Of a stretch of 64,000 nt of DNA, positions 21,039-31,982 are shown piece after piece. Within the stretch, counting starts at the first letter, position 1, and every line of letters begins with the position of its first letter. Source of the stretch: a bacterium (lineage in GTDB: Bacteria; Hinthialibacterota; Hinthialibacteria; Hinthialibacterales; Hinthialibacteraceae); assembly GCA_963662285.2 (NCBI GenBank), contig CAXXMV010000008.1, forward strand, positions 32,001-96,000, given 5' to 3'. The position numbers were made by a program, and so were the translations under genes. The notes below the pieces were generated by a model. That model saw nothing but the letters and a program-made list of their open reading frames with translations, was not told where the DNA came from and did not search any database.

Positions 21039-21057
21039 TACTTTATCATGCAAAGTA
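21039..21057 (+). promoter_or_regulatory. Perfect palindromic operator TACTTT-N7-AAAGTA overlapping the uppS start codon
   Basis: TACTTT-ATCATGC-AAAGTA; the ATG at 21048 lies inside the spacer. Confidence 0.6.
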
Positions 21058-21779
21058 CTTTTCTATGCCCAGTTTTATCAGGATTGCATAGCGCCATCAT
21101 TATGGATGGCAACGGACGCTGGGCGGTTCAGCAAGGATTATCGCGTAGCGAAGGCCACCGAGAAGGAGTAAAAACCGTGCGCCGCATCGTTGAATGCGCT
21201 CCAGATTGCGGCATCTCGGTTTTAACTTTGTACGCTTTTTCAGCGGATAACTGGAAAAGACCGGAAATTGAAGTAAAACTGCTGATGGAACTGTTATACC
21301 AATACCTGCTTTCCGAACGTAAGCGCTGTATAGATAAAGGCATCCGCATCAGCGTAATAGGTCGGCGTGATAGGCTTTCGTATACCCTGCGCACTGCGAT
21401 TCAAGCCACGGAAAGCGCCACGGTTATGGGGCAATCGCTTCATCTGCGCATCGCTATCGATTATTCGTCGCGCGATTCGATTCTGCAAGCGGCAAGAAAC
21501 AATCGGGATTTTATCAATGGAGATATTTCGCGGGAATCATTTTCTCTTTCTCTTGCTCAAGCCAATCATCTTGAAGGATATGCGCCGGATGTGGATTTGC
21601 TTATCCGCACCGGAGGAGAAAAGCGGCTGAGCGATTTTCTGCTTTGGGAAAGCGCTTATGCAGAACTGTATTTCACTGACCGGATGTGGCCCGAATTCAG
21701 CAATGATGACCTGAAGGAGGCAGTGGATTCATATCATCAAAGAGAAAGAAGATTTGGAGCAATTCCTTCAAATGCGTGA
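21048..21779 (+). CDS. uppS: cis-prenyltransferase (undecaprenyl diphosphate synthase family), probably a secondary paralogue
   Basis: [50 protein letters not shown]; GGAGG RBS before ATG 21048. Confidence 0.9.
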   Translation: MQSTFLCPVLSGLHSAIIMDGNGRWAVQQGLSRSEGHREGVKTVRRIVECAPDCGISVLTLYAFSADNWKRPEIEVKLLMELLYQYLLSERKRCIDKGIRISVIGRRDRLSYTLRTAIQATESATVMGQSLHLRIAIDYSSRDSILQAARNNRDFINGDISRESFSLSLAQANHLEGYAPDVDLLIRTGGEKRLSDFLLWESAYAELYFTDRMWPEFSNDDLKEAVDSYHQRERRFGAIPSNA

Positions 21780-21897
21780 ATAACAATAATTTATATAATA
21801 TATTTTTCAATACAAATTTACTATTATTTCATCCAAATACCCTACTATTATTATAGTAAATGCTAGAATATAAGTTGATTGGGAAAAGGAGGTTATA

Positions 21898-23760
21898 ATG
21901 GTATTGCTTTTTTCTAAGACAGCGTGGAGAACAACAACCCTGCATGTTATAATACCTGTTGTTTTCACAATTATCCTATTTATGTGCGCAATTTTTTTCC
22001 TGACCCTACCAGCTTTCAGAGAAAACCTGCTTGATTCCAAACGTGAAATGATACACGAAATAACAGAAATTACCTGGGGATTGTTAAATCAATATGAGGA
22101 AAGAGTTATAGATGGAGAGTTGACCCGTGAGGAAGCACAGAAAAGAGCAATTTCACGTATAAGTATATTACGTTACGGGCCAGAGTTGAAAGACTATTTT
22201 TGGATAAACGATATGCATCCCAACATGGTGATGCATCCTTACAGGCCTGATTTGGATGGGACGGATATTTCTGATTTTGCCGATCCCAATGGGAAAAAGT
22301 TATTCGTAGAGTTTGTCAAAGTCGTTCAACAGAATGGTTCCGGATATATAGATTATATGTGGCAATGGAAAGACGATCCCAACCGGATTGTTCCCAAGAC
22401 TTCATATGTCAAAGGCTTTGAGCCATGGGGCTGGGTCATTGGAACGGGGATTTATATTGAGGATGTTCAGGAAAAAATCAATTCTATAACCAATTATCTC
22501 TATCAAATTTGCATATCAATATTTGCCTTGATTATTATTTTGTCATTCTACATTATCTGGAACGGCGTATATCAAGACAAAAAAAGAGTTAAAGCGGAAA
22601 ATGCAATTCGCTATTTACGCAACCTGCTCAGCAATGTAATCAACTCAATGCCCTCTGTCTTGGTTGGAGTAGATATTGATGAAAAGATTATTCAGTGGAA
22701 CAAGGAAGCGGAGAGAATTACGGGAATTAAATCTGGTCAGGCATTAGGTCAACAATTATCTGACATCCTTCCTATAATAACAAAAGAAATAACTAAAATC
22801 AAACAAGCTATTAAAGATAGAGAGATCAAAAAACATAGAATCACTATACAAAGCAACCAAATTGATACCAAAATATCTGATATTACAGTATACCCGTTGA
22901 TTGCTAATGGAGTCGAGGGAGCGGTAATCCGAATTGATGATGTTACGGAGCAGATAAAAATTGAAGAAATGATGATTCAATCCGAGAAGATGCTATCAAT
23001 TGGCGGGCTGGCGGCGGGAATGGCTCATGAAATCAATAATCCACTAGCGGGCATCCTGCAGAATATTCAGGTTCTGCAAAACCGGTTATCCTGCGAAATG
23101 CCAAAAAACCGAAAAATAGCCGAAGAATGCGGGACTTCAATAGCTGCTATAAATACATATATTGATCGTCGTGATATCCAATCCATGATAACCGCCATAA
23201 TAGATTCTGGCAAACGGGCCGCAGCAATTGTCGAAAATATGCTTAGTTTCAGCCGTAAAAGTTCTTCATATCTTTATCCGCATGATATATCAACTCTACT
23301 CGATAAAACCATCGAACTGGCGTCAAACGATTATGATCTGAAGAAGAAATATGATTTTCGCCAGATTAAAATTGTCCGGGAATATGATGATGCGGTTCCC
23401 CCTGTTGAATGCGATGAAAATAAAATATTGCAGGTTATTTTAAATCTGTTAAAAAATGCCGCTCAATCCATGTGTGAATGGAAAGATCAAAAATCCCCCC
23501 CTCAGATAACCATTCGTTTGTTAAAAAAAGACCGTTTCCTTTCAATAGAAATTGAAGATAATGGACCAGGGATGACGGAGGATATTCGAAAGCGGATATT
23601 CGAACCGTTTTTCACGACCAAAAAAATCGGAGAAGGAACAGGTTTAGGGCTTTCTGTTTCTTACTTCATAATTGTCAAAAACCATAACGGCGCCATGCGC
23701 GTAGAATCCTCGCCAGGCAAAGGCGCAAAATTTATAATAGAATTGCCGTTGGTTGATTAA
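21898..23760 (+). CDS. Membrane sensor histidine kinase (sCache_2 - PAS - HisKA - HATPase)
   Basis: 2 TM; DYFWIND..MVMHP, D.NGK.LF.EF, GWVIGTGIY; AGMAHEINNPL, NLLKNA, EDNGPG, FFTTK..GEGTGLGL. Confidence 0.92.
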   Translation: MVLLFSKTAWRTTTLHVIIPVVFTIILFMCAIFFLTLPAFRENLLDSKREMIHEITEITWGLLNQYEERVIDGELTREEAQKRAISRISILRYGPELKDYFWINDMHPNMVMHPYRPDLDGTDISDFADPNGKKLFVEFVKVVQQNGSGYIDYMWQWKDDPNRIVPKTSYVKGFEPWGWVIGTGIYIEDVQEKINSITNYLYQICISIFALIIILSFYIIWNGVYQDKKRVKAENAIRYLRNLLSNVINSMPSVLVGVDIDEKIIQWNKEAERITGIKSGQALGQQLSDILPIITKEITKIKQAIKDREIKKHRITIQSNQIDTKISDITVYPLIANGVEGAVIRIDDVTEQIKIEEMMIQSEKMLSIGGLAAGMAHEINNPLAGILQNIQVLQNRLSCEMPKNRKIAEECGTSIAAINTYIDRRDIQSMITAIIDSGKRAAAIVENMLSFSRKSSSYLYPHDISTLLDKTIELASNDYDLKKKYDFRQIKIVREYDDAVPPVECDENKILQVILNLLKNAAQSMCEWKDQKSPPQITIRLLKKDRFLSIEIEDNGPGMTEDIRKRIFEPFFTTKKIGEGTGLGLSVSYFIIVKNHNGAMRVESSPGKGAKFIIELPLVD

Positions 23761-24040
23761 AGTTATCATAATAAACAGTTATCTATGCCCAGTTGTTAGC
23801 ATCAATATAAGCCATAGTATCACACTAATATAATAAATAATGGTATAAAGGAGTACTGACTTTCATATTGATATTAAAAGTTGATTAAATCATAGTAGTA
23901 AAATATTTTTTTTTGTTAAATTTTAATATATAAGTGGTATGATATGATATAAAGTTATTTTTAACTTGTATTAATTTTAGATAATATGCCAGAGATGGAT
24001 TAAGACAGAGTATCCGTCTTCTACTAATAGGAGCGTCATA

Positions 24041-24439
24041 ATGACTGAATTATCAGCCCGTATCTTGGTTGTAGATGATGAACCATCTATTCGAGGTAGT
24101 TTGTCAGCCTTCCTGGAAGACGTTGGTTATTATGTCCAAACTGCTGAAAGTGCGGAAAGCGCTCTTAAGATTCTTGAGATACATAAATTTGATATTGCCA
24201 TTGTCGATCTAAGGTTGCCCTTCATGAGCGGTGATGTTTTTATCATAAAAGTTCATGAGAAATATCCCGACATAAGTTTTTTAATCCATACGGGTTCAGT
24301 GGATTACAAATTATCAGATGATTTAATAAATATCGGGATTCGTCCTGATAATATTTTATTAAAACCTCTTCCAAGTTTACTGAATCTTATTGATAGAATC
24401 AAAAGAATCATTGTTGAAAAGGCTGACGCCAATGGTTGA
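24041..24439 (+). CDS. Single-domain response regulator (REC)
   Basis: ILVVDDE, DIAIVDLRLP, HTG, LLKP. Confidence 0.88.
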   Translation: MTELSARILVVDDEPSIRGSLSAFLEDVGYYVQTAESAESALKILEIHKFDIAIVDLRLPFMSGDVFIIKVHEKYPDISFLIHTGSVDYKLSDDLINIGIRPDNILLKPLPSLLNLIDRIKRIIVEKADANG

Positions 24440-26480
24440 AAGCAAATCTCCATTAATTTTAACGATAGATGATGAAAAAAATATTCGTAAGAGTTTCCGT
24501 AATTTTCTGGAAGATTATGAATATCGGGTCATTGAGGCTGAAAATGGTCAAATTGGTCTAGAACTATTTAAAACGGAAAAGCCTAATCTAGTACTAGTTG
24601 ATTTGCGTATGCCTGAGATTGATGGATTAGAAGTTCTAAAAGAAATCACAAATATTTCACCGAACACACCGATTATTGTTGTATCTGGAACCGGCATAAT
24701 TGGAGACGCTGTCGAAGCCTTACGTTTAGGAGCATGGGATTACCTTTTAAAACCCATTGAAGATATTTCGGTTCTGCTGCATGCTGTTGAAAAAGCGCTT
24801 GAGCGCGCCAATTTGATTAGAGAAAATAAAGATTACCAGGAACACCTGGAACTGGAGATAAAAAAAAGAACCCAAGAACTTGAAGAAAGTAATGCGGCGC
24901 TGGCAGAATCAGAGAATACGCTTAATTCAATCATTGGTCAGATTCCTGATATCATCTACCGCCTTGATCCTGAAGGCAAAATTGTTTTCATCAGCCAATC
25001 CGTCTCGCGATATGGTTACAGCCCTGAATCTTTAATCGGTCAAAGTATTTTTGATTTTGTGCATCATGAAGATAAGGAAATTATCAAACAACACTTAAAT
25101 GAACGGAGAAAAGAAAAACGAAGCACCAAATCGCTTGAAGTACGCCTTAAAACTCCAAATCGTAAAGCCGATTCTATTGAATCACATGGCATAGGTGAAG
25201 ACAATAATTTTATATTCAGCGTTGATGCAGAAGGGATTTATTCTACGCAGAATAATGGAGAATCCAATTTTCTTGGAACCCAAGGTATTGCCAGAGATAT
25301 CACCGAGAGAAAAAAACTTGAAGAACAGTTGCAACACTCTCAGAAGATGGAAGCCATCGGCATGTTGGCTGGCGGCATCGCTCATGATTTTAACAACCTG
25401 CTGACCTCAATTATGGGATATAGTTATTTATCTCTTAATCAGTTAAAAGAAGACAATCCACTTTTCGGTAATATCAAAGAAATTCAATCAGCAGGCGAAA
25501 GAGCCACATCTTTAACGCGACAATTACTGGCTTTCAGCCGCAAACAGGTAATTCAGCCGCAAATAATCGACCTGAACAAATTGATCAATAATACCCAAAA
25601 AATGCTGAAACGCATCGTCGGCGAAAATATTGAATTCATTACAATTCCAGATTCATCTATCGGGTATTTGAAAGCCGATCCAGGGCAAATCGAGCAGATT
25701 GTCATGAACCTTGTCGTAAACGCCCGTGATGCAATGCCCAATGGCGGAAAACTTATTATTGAAACATCCAACACATACCTTGATGATGCTTACTCTAAAG
25801 AGCATATAGATGTCACGCCCGGTCAATACATCATGCTAAGCATCAGCGACAATGGCTGTGGAATAGACAAGGAGACGCTGAAGCATATCTTTGAACCATT
25901 CTTCACTACCAAGGAGATGGGGAAAGGAACCGGCCTGGGTTTATCTACTGTTTATGGAATCATAAAACAAAGCGGCGGGCATATTTTCGTTTATAGCGAA
26001 ATCGATAAAGGTACGGCGTTTAAGGTTTATTTCCCCCGCATTTATTTTGAGGAGGAAAAGCAACCTTCAGATATTGGCTCTGATAAGCATCTATATGGCA
26101 ACGAAACAATCCTGGTAGTTGAAGATGATGAGACAGTCAGAAAATTAATAGCAACCATATTAACAAGTTATGGTTACAAAATCCATATCGCTAATTCTGG
26201 CGATGCAGCCCTGCATTATATTAATAATCCTAAAGGTAAAATTGACTTACTGCTTACTGACGTAATATTACCGAAAATGAGTGGTACAGAACTAGCTGAC
26301 AAAGTTACTTCTATATGTAAGGATATTAAAATAGTCTTTATGTCGGGATATACTGATAGATCGATAGTACAGCATGGAATATTAGAAGAAGGAATCAACT
26401 ATATCCAAAAACCATTTACGCATGATATTCTGGTACAAAAAATCCGTAAAGTTTTAGATGCTAAAAGAAAATCTTCCTGA
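24432..26480 (+). CDS. Hybrid histidine kinase (REC - PAS - HisKA - HATPase - REC)
   Basis: [61 protein letters not shown]; ATG 24432 overlaps the upstream gene end. Confidence 0.92.
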   Translation: MVESKSPLILTIDDEKNIRKSFRNFLEDYEYRVIEAENGQIGLELFKTEKPNLVLVDLRMPEIDGLEVLKEITNISPNTPIIVVSGTGIIGDAVEALRLGAWDYLLKPIEDISVLLHAVEKALERANLIRENKDYQEHLELEIKKRTQELEESNAALAESENTLNSIIGQIPDIIYRLDPEGKIVFISQSVSRYGYSPESLIGQSIFDFVHHEDKEIIKQHLNERRKEKRSTKSLEVRLKTPNRKADSIESHGIGEDNNFIFSVDAEGIYSTQNNGESNFLGTQGIARDITERKKLEEQLQHSQKMEAIGMLAGGIAHDFNNLLTSIMGYSYLSLNQLKEDNPLFGNIKEIQSAGERATSLTRQLLAFSRKQVIQPQIIDLNKLINNTQKMLKRIVGENIEFITIPDSSIGYLKADPGQIEQIVMNLVVNARDAMPNGGKLIIETSNTYLDDAYSKEHIDVTPGQYIMLSISDNGCGIDKETLKHIFEPFFTTKEMGKGTGLGLSTVYGIIKQSGGHIFVYSEIDKGTAFKVYFPRIYFEEEKQPSDIGSDKHLYGNETILVVEDDETVRKLIATILTSYGYKIHIANSGDAALHYINNPKGKIDLLLTDVILPKMSGTELADKVTSICKDIKIVFMSGYTDRSIVQHGILEEGINYIQKPFTHDILVQKIRKVLDAKRKSS

Positions 26481-26527
26481 ATAAACAGGCGCCCCGGTAG
26501 GTTGTCCGGCTATCCCGATTTATCCTC

Positions 26528-27802
26528 TCAAGATATAGTTCCTGAATCTTCAAGCACTTGCTCAATGGCGCCGGGGAACAATCCTGTTTCGAAAGCAATA
26601 TCCAAAACCGTAATCCGATCCCGTATATCCCGCGCCAACCGTAACGTTCTTAGGGCGTATTCTTTAGAAAAGTTTAGATTATTCAACGTGTATGGAGCAT
26701 CAATAGAACAAAGTATACCACGTAATACATCAGGCTTTGGCAGGTTCATTGCAGCAAGTTGCTTTTGAATATCATGCCAATTATGGCGTAGAATATCAAT
26801 TCGTTCCCGGGCGCGAGCGTTTTTCCGCCTGGCCTGTCGGGCAACTGTATCCGCCAATTTGCCATGGTCTCGTTTGATGCGATTCTCTTCGGTTTCCCAT
26901 GCTGGAGGATTGATAAACTCCGGTTGCTCTAAAGCAAGCAACTTTTGATAGATCGCTGCGCAGATGCATGAGGCGACTCCGACCTGGGCGCCATGCAAAC
27001 GAACTGCTTTTCCTTCGATCAAGGCTTCCATATCCCAAAAATGGCTGATGAGATGCTCTCCGCCGCTGGCGGGGCTGCTGCTGCCCGCCGCCACCATGGA
27101 TACGCCGCTAAGCACTAATGCTTTGGCCAGTAAATAATATGATTCTTTATCTCTATGAATCAGACCGGTGGATTTGTCCGTTAATTCACCAAGAGCGGCA
27201 TCGACTATTTGCCCGGGTAATAGATCAAAACCACTTTGTTCGAGATAGTCGCTAAGCCAATAATCAGCTGTGCTGACTGATTTACTGAGCAAATCGCCCA
27301 ACCCGGCTTGAGCCAGTTCAATGGGCGCCTCCATAAGAATATCGATATCCAGCAGGATAGCGCGAGGAGGTACGGCATTTCTGGTTGTTTTCAGGCCATT
27401 ATCCAATATAGCGGCAATACCGCTGGCATAACCATTCATACTGGCGGCTGTGCCAATCACAATATAAGGAATTTTCAGGAGAGTGGACGCCATTTTGCAT
27501 ATATCATTTACAGTCCCGCCGCCAATGGCCACTAAGCCGCTTTTATGCTCAGCCTCTCGACAAACATGTTCAACAAATTTGAACTCTGCATGGGGATGCT
27601 TTGGCAAGATGTAAATGGGATACGGCAAAGTTTTACGACAAGCCTGTAATGTATCCGGATCGGCGACGCATAAAAAATCATCCCCCAAATATCGTTCAAT
27701 TACTCCAGGCAACTCATTTAGTACATTTTCTCCGATAAACACTTCATGAGGTAAATTCAAATCTACGGGAAGAGCCAATGGACAAAGTTCTGCTAATTTC
27801 AT
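26528..27802 (-). CDS. egsA: sn-glycerol-1-phosphate dehydrogenase (EgsA/AraM family)
   Basis: GGGTVND..K, GTAASMNGYAS, AGLGDLLSK, SSPASGGEHLISH.WDM, HGAQVG. Confidence 0.8.
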   Translation of the reverse strand: MKLAELCPLALPVDLNLPHEVFIGENVLNELPGVIERYLGDDFLCVADPDTLQACRKTLPYPIYILPKHPHAEFKFVEHVCREAEHKSGLVAIGGGTVNDICKMASTLLKIPYIVIGTAASMNGYASGIAAILDNGLKTTRNAVPPRAILLDIDILMEAPIELAQAGLGDLLSKSVSTADYWLSDYLEQSGFDLLPGQIVDAALGELTDKSTGLIHRDKESYYLLAKALVLSGVSMVAAGSSSPASGGEHLISHFWDMEALIEGKAVRLHGAQVGVASCICAAIYQKLLALEQPEFINPPAWETEENRIKRDHGKLADTVARQARRKNARARERIDILRHNWHDIQKQLAAMNLPKPDVLRGILCSIDAPYTLNNLNFSKEYALRTLRLARDIRDRITVLDIAFETGLFPGAIEQVLEDSGTIS

Positions 27803-27842
27803 GCGACAATATCCTCTTATCAAATATCAAGGCGTGTATTTC

Positions 27843-27927
27843 GCGGGTCGGTGAAGCGCAATCCACCCTACGTTTGGGTGTTTCCGGTGGGCTACGCTTC
27901 GCTTTTAGCCCACCCTACGTTTGGGTG
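27843..27927 (-). repeat. Two tandem GTAG-type REP elements
   Basis: GCGGGTCGGTGAAGCGCAATCCACCCTAC-GTTTGGGTG and GGTGGGCTACGCTTCGCTTTTAGCCCACCCTAC-GTTTGGGTG. Confidence 0.75.
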
Positions 27928-27972
27928 ATATATTGCAACAATGGATATTCTACTTGGTTATCCTATATACAA

Positions 27973-28650
27973 TTATTGATTACCAATTAGTTGATTGAGT
28001 TTGCGATAGGCCTCTACTGGACTCTCGTTATCAAATATTGCGGAACCAGCCACAATTTCATCGGCGCCAGCGTCATGCACCCAGCGAATAGTATCTTGAT
28101 TAACACCACCATCCACTTGAATTACATAATCGCAGCCTAATTCCTCCCGGCGCCTGGCGCAGTATGTAATGCCGTACAAGGCATCTTTGATCAGTTGCTG
28201 GCCGCCTTCGCCGGGATGAACCGTCATGATCAGGATATGATCTACTTGCTCAAAAAATGGCTCAAGCGATTCCAGGCAAGTCAATGGATTGATAACCACT
28301 CCGGCTTTTTTATTTTGTGAACGGATAGTATGTAGATCCCGCTCCAGGTCTTGCGACGCTTCCACCTGAATGGAGATGCTCCGCACTGAAGAAAGGTCGA
28401 ACCAGGGAATGACGCGGGGAGGATCATCAACCATCAAGTGTACATCCAATTGCGCCTGAATGTGCGGTTGGATATTTTTAATGATGCCGGGACTGCCAGC
28501 CAAATTGGAAACAAAATGTCCATCCATTACGTCATAATGAAATAAAGTAACGCCAGCGTTTTCCAGATCTCTTATGGCTTCACCCAAGCGCATAAAAGGA
28601 GCCGACAAGAGAGAAGGCATTATAATAGCAGAATTATTATGATTTGACAC
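27973..28650 (-). CDS. rpe: Ribulose-phosphate 3-epimerase
   Basis: PSLLSA, HYDVMDGHFV, DVHLMV, V.PG.GGQ, VDGG, VAGSAIF; GTG start 28650 after GGGGGA. Confidence 0.88.
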   Translation of the reverse strand: MSNHNNSAIIMPSLLSAPFMRLGEAIRDLENAGVTLFHYDVMDGHFVSNLAGSPGIIKNIQPHIQAQLDVHLMVDDPPRVIPWFDLSSVRSISIQVEASQDLERDLHTIRSQNKKAGVVINPLTCLESLEPFFEQVDHILIMTVHPGEGGQQLIKDALYGITYCARRREELGCDYVIQVDGGVNQDTIRWVHDAGADEIVAGSAIFDNESPVEAYRKLNQLIGNQ

Positions 28651-28663
28651 AATTCCCCCAGAG

Positions 28664-29395
28664 TTATGATCTTGCACGGCGCAGGATATCTTTCATGTCC
28701 AATACGGCGCGTTCCATTCCTACCATAACAGCTCGCGCCACAATGCTATGTCCGGTATGCACCCAGTCAATGGTCGGAAGCGCCGCCATACGTTCTGTAT
28801 TATGATAATGCAGCCCATGACCCACATTGACGCAAAGCCCCAAGCCGCGAGCGTATTCAGCATTTTTAGCGACAATTTTAAATTCCCGGTCTTCATCAAC
28901 CGGCGTCTCAGCGATAGCGTAAGGTCCGGTATGGATTTCAATAAATTGTACGCCAAGCGAGCCGGCTGCAGCAATCTCATCTTCAATCGCATCAATGAAT
29001 ATGCTGACGACAATGCCTGCATCCAGTAATTTCTGAATCAATGGCTGCATAATATTCTCACGGCCTTTAACAGTCAGGCCGCTTTCGGTAGTCTGTTCTT
29101 CACGCGCTTCGGGAACCAAAGTGCAGGCCTGCGGTTTAACTTGCAGCGCTAAATCCACCATATTTTCCGTCAAGGCCATCTCCAGGGTTAACGGAATCTG
29201 AAGCATTTGTTTGAGGATGAGAACATCCCGGTCCTGGATATGACGGCGATCTTCTCTGGGATGTACCGTGATGCCATCGGCTCCGCCAAGTTGACATAAA
29301 ACCGCTGCATCAATTGGATCAGGGTATTTGGTATGGCGCGACTCACGCAAAGTTGCGATATGGTCGATATTGACAGATAGTTTAGTCGACATCAT
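28664..29395 (-). CDS. pdxJ: Pyridoxine 5'-phosphate synthase
   Basis: LSVNIDHIATLR, GITVHPREDRRHI, TLVPE.REE.TTE.G, IEIHTG.Y, GHGL.Y.N, GHSIVARA. Confidence 0.95.
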   Translation of the reverse strand: MMSTKLSVNIDHIATLRESRHTKYPDPIDAAVLCQLGGADGITVHPREDRRHIQDRDVLILKQMLQIPLTLEMALTENMVDLALQVKPQACTLVPEAREEQTTESGLTVKGRENIMQPLIQKLLDAGIVVSIFIDAIEDEIAAAGSLGVQFIEIHTGPYAIAETPVDEDREFKIVAKNAEYARGLGLCVNVGHGLHYHNTERMAALPTIDWVHTGHSIVARAVMVGMERAVLDMKDILRRARS

Positions 29396-29404
29396 TTTGG
29401 ATCC

Positions 29405-30181
29405 TTACTTAGTTAATTTCAAAGTCACAGTGACGCCGCGTATAGATTTATCAACCGGCCAAACATCATATTTTACTTTCAGATCCGGCAAAGCCATATA
29501 CTGCGGGGGAGTTTTTAAGGTCGATAAACTGATATCAAGTATTGCAGTCGATACCGAATTGATCCGCTCTACGGCTTCTCGTGAACCGGTCACAACAATT
29601 TCCGGTGGATCGACAATCATCTCTTGAAGTTTTAACCCGTTCGACAATCCTCCCATAATTGGAGCATTAATCGTAATAGTCTTTTGCACCCGATAGAGCG
29701 GTAGAGAAATGATATCAGCTGATGTTGGAATATTATTATATGGCGGCTGATCCCCGGAAACATCCCAGGGAAGCACATAGAGCGAAACCTGGCGTGGATG
29801 AATGCTATTCTCATCAACCGAAATCAGATTACGGTCTGCTTCATCGACCTTACTAGTACGAAACATTGATTCAGTAAGGACAACATTCTGGGGAGAACCA
29901 TCTTCAGGAAAATCCAATTCAGCGAGACTGAAAAAAAAGCCGCATTGAGGAGAGCGCATCATATCAATCGCGATTCTCGGTCCCTGTAATGTAACTCTGG
30001 CTGTTGGAGGAATCCATGCATCAGGCAAGACCAGATTCTGCGGTATTTTTTCCACGCTAATAGGAATACCGCTAAGCACACGGCGATCAATGCGTTCTTG
30101 TCCTTTAATCCAGACGATGCCAACCGCCATCAAAAATGACAAAAACAAAATACCGCTATTAGACGATCCCCGACGGCTCAT
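29405..30181 (-). CDS. cdaR: YbbR-like CdaR regulator of diadenylate cyclase
   Basis: N-terminal TM, V.L.GPR and VDP..IVVTGS YbbR-type segments; directly downstream of cdaA. Confidence 0.7.
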   Translation of the reverse strand: MSRRGSSNSGILFLSFLMAVGIVWIKGQERIDRRVLSGIPISVEKIPQNLVLPDAWIPPTARVTLQGPRIAIDMMRSPQCGFFFSLAELDFPEDGSPQNVVLTESMFRTSKVDEADRNLISVDENSIHPRQVSLYVLPWDVSGDQPPYNNIPTSADIISLPLYRVQKTITINAPIMGGLSNGLKLQEMIVDPPEIVVTGSREAVERINSVSTAILDISLSTLKTPPQYMALPDLKVKYDVWPVDKSIRGVTVTLKLTK

Positions 30182-30957
30182 GATCGCTTCCCCTTACTGA
30201 TCACATTCCAGAGCACATGTTCGAATCGATCTGGATTAATACCCCGCGTGATCCTGCCGTTGATGGCCAAAGAGATGGCGCCGGTCTCTTCAGAGACGAC
30301 AACGATTATGGCGTCAGTTTCTTCAACCAGACCCAGCGCCGCAAGATGCCGGGTTCCGTAATTTGTATCGATCTCTTCCCGTGCGCTGAGAGGCAAGAGG
30401 CAGGCCGCCGCCGCAATGCGATTTTCATGAATAATCACCGCACCATCATGCAGCGGGGTTAATGGAGAAAAGATCGAAACCAGCAATTCTGATGATGGAA
30501 GGCTGTCCATCTTTATTCCAGTATCTATAAAACCCTGCAAACTGGTGGATCTTTCAAAAACAACCAAAGCGCCTATATGACGCCGTGACAATGTCTGTGC
30601 AGCTTTCGACACCTCGCTGATCACCGGATCAATGGTATTTCCGGCTCTAATGAAGAACCTGAAACGGGATATCTCGGCGGTGACTCGACGTAATTCAGGA
30701 GAATATAAAATGACTAAACCTACAAAAATAGGCAGCTGCGCAGAGGTAATAATCCAATATACGGTTCGGAGATTAAAAAGTTTGCAGGCATAGGTCAGAA
30801 TAACCAGAAGAACTAAAAACATAACCAATTGCACGGCCCGCGTACCGCGAACCGCTTTCAGCATGGCGTAAAATATTATCCACAGGATCACGATTTCCGT
30901 GACTGCTTGTCCCGCGCTCTGCCCGAATATTTGATCCCAATTAGAAGCGATGATCAT
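30178..30957 (-). CDS. cdaA: Diadenylate cyclase CdaA/DacA
   Basis: 3 TM, GTRA.Q, PELRR, GALVVFER, PLHDGAVII, GTRHLAALG, VVVSEETG. Confidence 0.92.
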   Translation of the reverse strand: MIIASNWDQIFGQSAGQAVTEIVILWIIFYAMLKAVRGTRAVQLVMFLVLLVILTYACKLFNLRTVYWIITSAQLPIFVGLVILYSPELRRVTAEISRFRFFIRAGNTIDPVISEVSKAAQTLSRRHIGALVVFERSTSLQGFIDTGIKMDSLPSSELLVSIFSPLTPLHDGAVIIHENRIAAAACLLPLSAREEIDTNYGTRHLAALGLVEETDAIIVVVSEETGAISLAINGRITRGINPDRFEHVLWNVISKGKRS

Positions 30958-30963
30958 CTCTCC

Positions 30964-31818
30964 TTATCCGCTATCTAACATTCCATGTTTTATGGCGTTC
31001 ACAATATCAGAGACCTCTCGCATCTCTTTAACATCATGAACCCGTACAATTTCAGTTCCATTCATAATGCACGCTGCTACTGCTCCAGCAGTGCCCATCA
31101 ACCTATGATTAATCCCGGCGCCGGTTATTTTACCAATAAATGATTTTCTCGAAACGCCTAGCAAAAGGGGATATGATTCATATCGAATCCGATCCAGATG
31201 CTTGATGATAGACAAATTCTGTCCGGCGGTCTTACTGAACCCGATACCGGGATCAAGCATAATCTGTTCAGTCGCTACTCCTTTAGATCGCGCCAGGCTC
31301 ACTTGGAGCTGAAAAAAATTGCTTATCTCGCCTTCCAGATCATGGTAGTCGGTCATCATCTGCATAGTTTGAGGAGTTCCCCTCATATGCATCAAGACCA
31401 ATCCGGCCCCGCTATCAGCAGCGAGATCAGCAATACGCGCATCATTCTGTAATCCGGTGATATCATTGATAACCACCGCCCCGGCATCCAGACAACGCGC
31501 CGCTACCTCGTATGAGAAGGTATCCACGGATACAGGCAAATCGCCTTTGCCAGCCAATTCAGCAACTACCGGTAAGACGCGGCGCAGTTCTTCTTCCGGT
31601 GAAACCGGCTCAGCTCCCGGACGTGAAGAAGATCCCCCGACATCTACGATTTGGGCGCCTTCTTCAAACTGCTGGTAGGCGCGTTTGATTGCCTTGTCTG
31701 AATCAAAATACAAACCGCCATCGCTGAATGAATCAGGAGTGGAATTGACGATGCCCATCAATAGAGCGCCGTTATCCCAATTAAGCACTTTGTGACGACA
31801 ACGCCAGCAAGAACTCAT
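30964..31818 (-). CDS. folP: Dihydropteroate synthase
   Basis: MGIVN.TPDSFSDGG, DVGG.SSRPG, DPGIGF.K, GVSRKSFIG, VRVHDV. Confidence 0.95.
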   Translation of the reverse strand: MSSCWRCRHKVLNWDNGALLMGIVNSTPDSFSDGGLYFDSDKAIKRAYQQFEEGAQIVDVGGSSSRPGAEPVSPEEELRRVLPVVAELAGKGDLPVSVDTFSYEVAARCLDAGAVVINDITGLQNDARIADLAADSGAGLVLMHMRGTPQTMQMMTDYHDLEGEISNFFQLQVSLARSKGVATEQIMLDPGIGFSKTAGQNLSIIKHLDRIRYESYPLLLGVSRKSFIGKITGAGINHRLMGTAGAVAACIMNGTEIVRVHDVKEMREVSDIVNAIKHGMLDSG

Positions 31819-31898
31819 TTTTTCTCTTTATATATTATAATAACGATTCAATCACCGCTGAGGTTAAAACCAAATATTCAGTATGCTATTTATAGCAC

Positions 31899-31924
31899 AA
31901 AAAGCCCTTAAAGGCGGGCTTTTT
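31899..31924 (-). terminator. Terminator downstream of ftsH
   Basis: AAAAAGCCC-ttaaaggc-GGGCTTTTT. Confidence 0.6.
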
Positions 31925-31982
31925 GAAGATAAAACGTGATTAAAAAATAACAGAATTAACACATTTTTCTTGAACCGCTCTA

